A stretch of DNA of 64,000 nucleotides, taken from contig OZ241863.1 of assembly GCA_965203055.1 (NCBI GenBank), positions 832,001 to 896,000 on the forward strand, given 5' to 3'. This document shows, in pieces, positions 61,223 to 64,000 of this stretch. The notes beneath the pieces were generated by a model, which worked only from the letters and a program-made list of their open reading frames with translations, had not been told where the DNA came from and did no database searches. Source of the DNA: Spirochaetia bacterium. Lineage in GTDB: Bacteria > Spirochaetota > Spirochaetia > SZUA-6 > Bin103. Within the stretch, counting starts at the first letter, position 1; the number at the start of each line of letters is the position of its first letter. The translations under genes and the position numbers were made by a program.

Positions 61223-62011
61223 CTACACGCGGCCGGGAAAGGAGCGCCCGCGTACCTGCTTGAACGGCGGCATCCGGGGAGCGTCGGTCACCGTCTCGTC
61301 CTTCCAGGAGCCGGCGCGCATGTAGTGCACGGCGTAGGCGCGGCGGCGCTGCGCCGAGGTGTTGGGGCTGCTGGTGTGCAGCGTCAGGCTGTGATGGAAG
61401 CTGATGCTGCCGGCGCGCACCGGCACCGGCACCGCCGGCCAGGCCGCGGTCTCCAGGTCGGGGATGAAGTGGGCGAGGCGCGCCCGGTCGAGCATGCCCC
61501 AGCGGTGGGTGCCGGGCACGAAGCGCAGGCAGCCGTTGTCGAGGGTGGCGTCGTCGATCGCCGCCCAGGCGGTGACCAGATCCATCGGGAAGATGTCGCG
61601 CCAGGAGGCGGAGTCCTGATGCCAGGGCTGCGCCGAGCCGGTGACCGGCGACTTCATGAAGAGCTGGTCGCCGTACATCTTGAGGTCGTCGGTGCCGAGC
61701 AGGTCGGCGACGATGTCGACCACCGCGGGGTTGGTGACGTGGGCCCACAGCAGATCGTCGTACACCGCCATGTTGAACAGCTTGCGGGTGGCCAGCACGC
61801 GGTCGGCCACCGCGGCGCCGTCCCGGAACACCGGTTCGAGCTGCAGGCTGGAGGCGGGAATGTGCGGCGCCTTGCCGGCGGCGATCAGGTCGGCGTGTTC
61901 GCCGAGCGCGTTCACTTCGGAGGCGGTGAGCACGTCTTCGACCTTGAGGAATCCGTCGAGCTGGAATCCTTCCACCGCGGCGGGGGACAGCGCCCGTAGC
62001 TTCTGCTTCAT
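61223..62011 (-). CDS. Phytanoyl-CoA dioxygenase (PhyH) family protein
   Basis: WHQD, NGCL..VPGTH, TLHTSSPN..RR. Confidence 0.9.
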   Translation of the reverse strand: MKQKLRALSPAAVEGFQLDGFLKVEDVLTASEVNALGEHADLIAAGKAPHIPASSLQLEPVFRDGAAVADRVLATRKLFNMAVYDDLLWAHVTNPAVVDIVADLLGTDDLKMYGDQLFMKSPVTGSAQPWHQDSASWRDIFPMDLVTAWAAIDDATLDNGCLRFVPGTHRWGMLDRARLAHFIPDLETAAWPAVPVPVRAGSISFHHSLTLHTSSPNTSAQRRRAYAVHYMRAGSWKDETVTDAPRMPPFKQVRGRSFPGRV

Positions 62012-62074
62012 CGCGGAGCCCAGTCTACCGCAGCTCGTTCCTGCCGTCGACCTGGCCGTTGCGCCGCGCCGCGG

Positions 62075-63055
62075 CTACGCCGCTCCGGCGGGCCAGTGCC
62101 AGCGCATCAGGTCGTCGCTCCAGGCGATGCCGACGCTGGCTTCGCCGTGGTGGGCGCGTTCGCGGCGGCCGCGGCGGGTGGCGCCGTGGAACACCAGCAG
62201 GTAGCGGCCCACCTGCGGCTCGCGGCGCAGGTCCAGGACGTGGCCGGCGGTGATGCGGCCCTGCGCCCACGGCCAATGCCGCTGGCCGAGCGTGTAGAGG
62301 CACTCGTCGTACCAGTGCACCAGGTCGGTGGAGCGCTTGACGCCGATGCCGTTGGCCGGGGAGTGGATCAGCACGTACTCGTCCGCCGCGGCGTCGACCA
62401 GCACGCAGTAGTTCTCTTCGGCATCGGTCTGGGCGTAGGGCGTCCACTGTTCCAGGTCGCGGCTGAAGGAGAGTTGCATGCTCTGCAGCAGCAGCGCGTC
62501 GGGCGGAATCGGGACCCCGCCGAAGCCCAGGCCGTGGGCGCGGCCGAGCAGCACGCCGCCATGTTTGTAGCAGCACCACCAGCGCTGCGCGTCATCCTTG
62601 TCGCGGAACAGGTAGGGATCGAGGGCGCGCCCCGTTTGCCGCGCCGGGATGGCCGGCCCCTTGAGCCGCAGCACGCGCGGTTCCTGCCAAGCGCGCAGGT
62701 CGGGGCTGGTCATGGTCCAGCAGCGCGCGGCCTCGACGTCGGGTTGCGGATAGCTGCTCAGACAGAGTACCCAGCGGCCCTGATGGCGGACGATGCCGCC
62801 CGGCCCGCAGAAGTTGCGCCGGTCATCAGGGTCGGTCACGGCGCGCAGCGGACTCCAGGCGCGCAGGTCGCGGCTCTCGGTCACGCCGACGTGGAAGCGG
62901 TCGCGGCGGTCGGGCTGCGCCCGCACCACCGAGCAGAACAGCCGAAAGATGCCGGCGTGATAGTGGAGCAGGGGATCGCGGTAGGCGGTCTCCCGGTCGC
63001 CGGCCAGGAGAACCGGACCGGGAATCGTCGCCAGGTCGACGCGCGCGGGGCTCAT
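62075..63055 (-). CDS. Five-bladed beta-propeller glycoside hydrolase-like protein (GH32/43 clan-like)
   Basis: YRDP, SRDLRAW/SPDL/STDLVHW/SDDL Asp-box-like repeats, LDPY; start MSPARV at 63055. Confidence 0.7.
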   Translation of the reverse strand: MSPARVDLATIPGPVLLAGDRETAYRDPLLHYHAGIFRLFCSVVRAQPDRRDRFHVGVTESRDLRAWSPLRAVTDPDDRRNFCGPGGIVRHQGRWVLCLSSYPQPDVEAARCWTMTSPDLRAWQEPRVLRLKGPAIPARQTGRALDPYLFRDKDDAQRWWCCYKHGGVLLGRAHGLGFGGVPIPPDALLLQSMQLSFSRDLEQWTPYAQTDAEENYCVLVDAAADEYVLIHSPANGIGVKRSTDLVHWYDECLYTLGQRHWPWAQGRITAGHVLDLRREPQVGRYLLVFHGATRRGRRERAHHGEASVGIAWSDDLMRWHWPAGAA

Positions 63056-64000
63056 TCCGGCCAGTACCAGTTGGCCAGGTCGTCGCTCCACGCCAGTCCC
63101 AGGCTGGCGGCGCCGTGGACGTTGCTGGCCAGCTTGCCCTCCGGCGTGCAGCCGTGGAACACCAGCAGGTACTTGCCGACCGCGGGGACGTGACGCAGGT
63201 CGATCGCCTGGCCGCCGCTGAGCCGCCCCTGCGCCCACGGCCAGCGGCGCTGCCCCAGGGTGTAGATGCCGAGCTGATGCCAGTGCACCAAATCCGGCGA
63301 CAGCTTCACGCCGATGCCGTTGTCGGGGGAGTCGATGAGCACGTAGCCGTCCTCCTCCACCAGCATGCAGTAGCTCTCCTCGCTGTCGGCGCGGGTGAAC
63401 CAGGTCCAGTGCCGCAAGTCGTAGCTGAAGGACAGGTTCAGGCTCTGCAGCAGCAGCGAGCGGCGCGGCAGGTCGCGGCCGCCGAACGCCAGGCCGCGCG
63501 CCGGAGCCACGGTAAAGCCGCCCTGCTTGAAGGCGCACCACCACTTGCCGGGAATGCTGCGGTCGGGAAACAGACAGGGGCAGATGGCGCGGCCCATCTG
63601 CTCCAGCGGCACCTCCGGCCCCTTGAGCAGCATCGGTTCCGGCTCGCTCCAGTGCTCCAGATCGGCGCTGCGCAGCAGCCAGCAGCGCGTCGTCTCCGGG
63701 CCGCCGGAGGGGCTGAACGGCGTGCGGTAGTTCTCTACGGTCATGATCCACTGGTCGCCCAGGCGCACGATGTTGCCGGGATCGGTGAAGTTGAGGTCGT
63801 CGTCCGGCGGAGTGAGGGTGCGCGGCTCGCTCCAGTGGATCAGGTCGCGGCTCTTGATCAGCGCCAGTTGGAACGTCACCCGCCCCTGCTCCGGCGGGTC
63901 GATCAGCCGCGCCAGACCGTAGAACACGCGGAATACGCCGTCGTGATAGTGAATCGCAGGATCGCGGTGCGCCACCTCGGGCGTCCCGCGTATGATGATC
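63052..64000 (-). CDS. Paralogous beta-propeller glycoside hydrolase-like protein, 5' end beyond the window
   Basis: HRDP, SRDLIHW, SADLEHW; shares LGQR.WPWAQGR with the downstream gene. Confidence 0.7.
   Translation of the reverse strand, partial: IIIRGTPEVAHRDPAIHYHDGVFRVFYGLARLIDPPEQGRVTFQLALIKSRDLIHWSEPRTLTPPDDDLNFTDPGNIVRLGDQWIMTVENYRTPFSPSGGPETTRCWLLRSADLEHWSEPEPMLLKGPEVPLEQMGRAICPCLFPDRSIPGKWWCAFKQGGFTVAPARGLAFGGRDLPRRSLLLQSLNLSFSYDLRHWTWFTRADSEESYCMLVEEDGYVLIDSPDNGIGVKLSPDLVHWHQLGIYTLGQRRWPWAQGRLSGGQAIDLRHVPAVGKYLLVFHGCTPEGKLASNVHGAASLGLAWSDDLANWYWPE

Noticed and set aside
1..64000. CRISPR array, tRNA, rRNA, integrase or att sites
   Set aside because: No regularly spaced repeats, RNA gene signatures or tyrosine/serine recombinase recognised; GC-rich intergenic stretches (2210-2368, 29727-29830, 31836-31944) are irregular hairpins only.

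Overview
High-GC bacterial DNA. The Cys-less FA(A/G)GxxE N-termini of the solute-binding proteins suggest a Spirochaetales-like organism (inference only). Carbohydrate/peptide ABC transport and catabolic genes (aldolase, M81 peptidase, sulfatase, PhyH dioxygenase, beta-propeller glycosidases) surround two divergently oriented type I restriction-modification loci packed with nested cargo. Locus 1 (minus strand, ~7.5-27.3 kb): a low-GC 1635-aa P-loop NTPase/helical-repeat/PLD-like protein, AAA+PD-(D/E)XK, hsdM, HEPN-MNT, a cytochrome P450, hsdS, AAA_14/DUF4143, hicB, a three-gene Lamassu/ABC-3C system and hsdR. Locus 2 (plus strand, ~43.3-59.7 kb): an IS256 inserted exactly on the hsdM start codon, hsdM, Gabija gajAB plus a coupled unknown gene, hsdS, a decayed Septu/PtuAB pair, an rpn gene with an internal RBS flanked by a 49-bp direct repeat, an HsdR fused to a LexA-like S24 autopeptidase domain, and a coupled OLD-type ATPase-TOPRIM. 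Between the loci are an ISKra4-like element in a cluster of decayed toxin-antitoxin genes and a GOLPH3/GPP34 gene. The best novelty candidates are the HsdR-S24 fusion, the NTPase-repeat-PLD protein, the P450 inside the R-M operon and the repeat-flanked rpn cassette. No CRISPR array, rRNA or tRNA was recognised. All family calls come from motif recognition by eye, not database searches.
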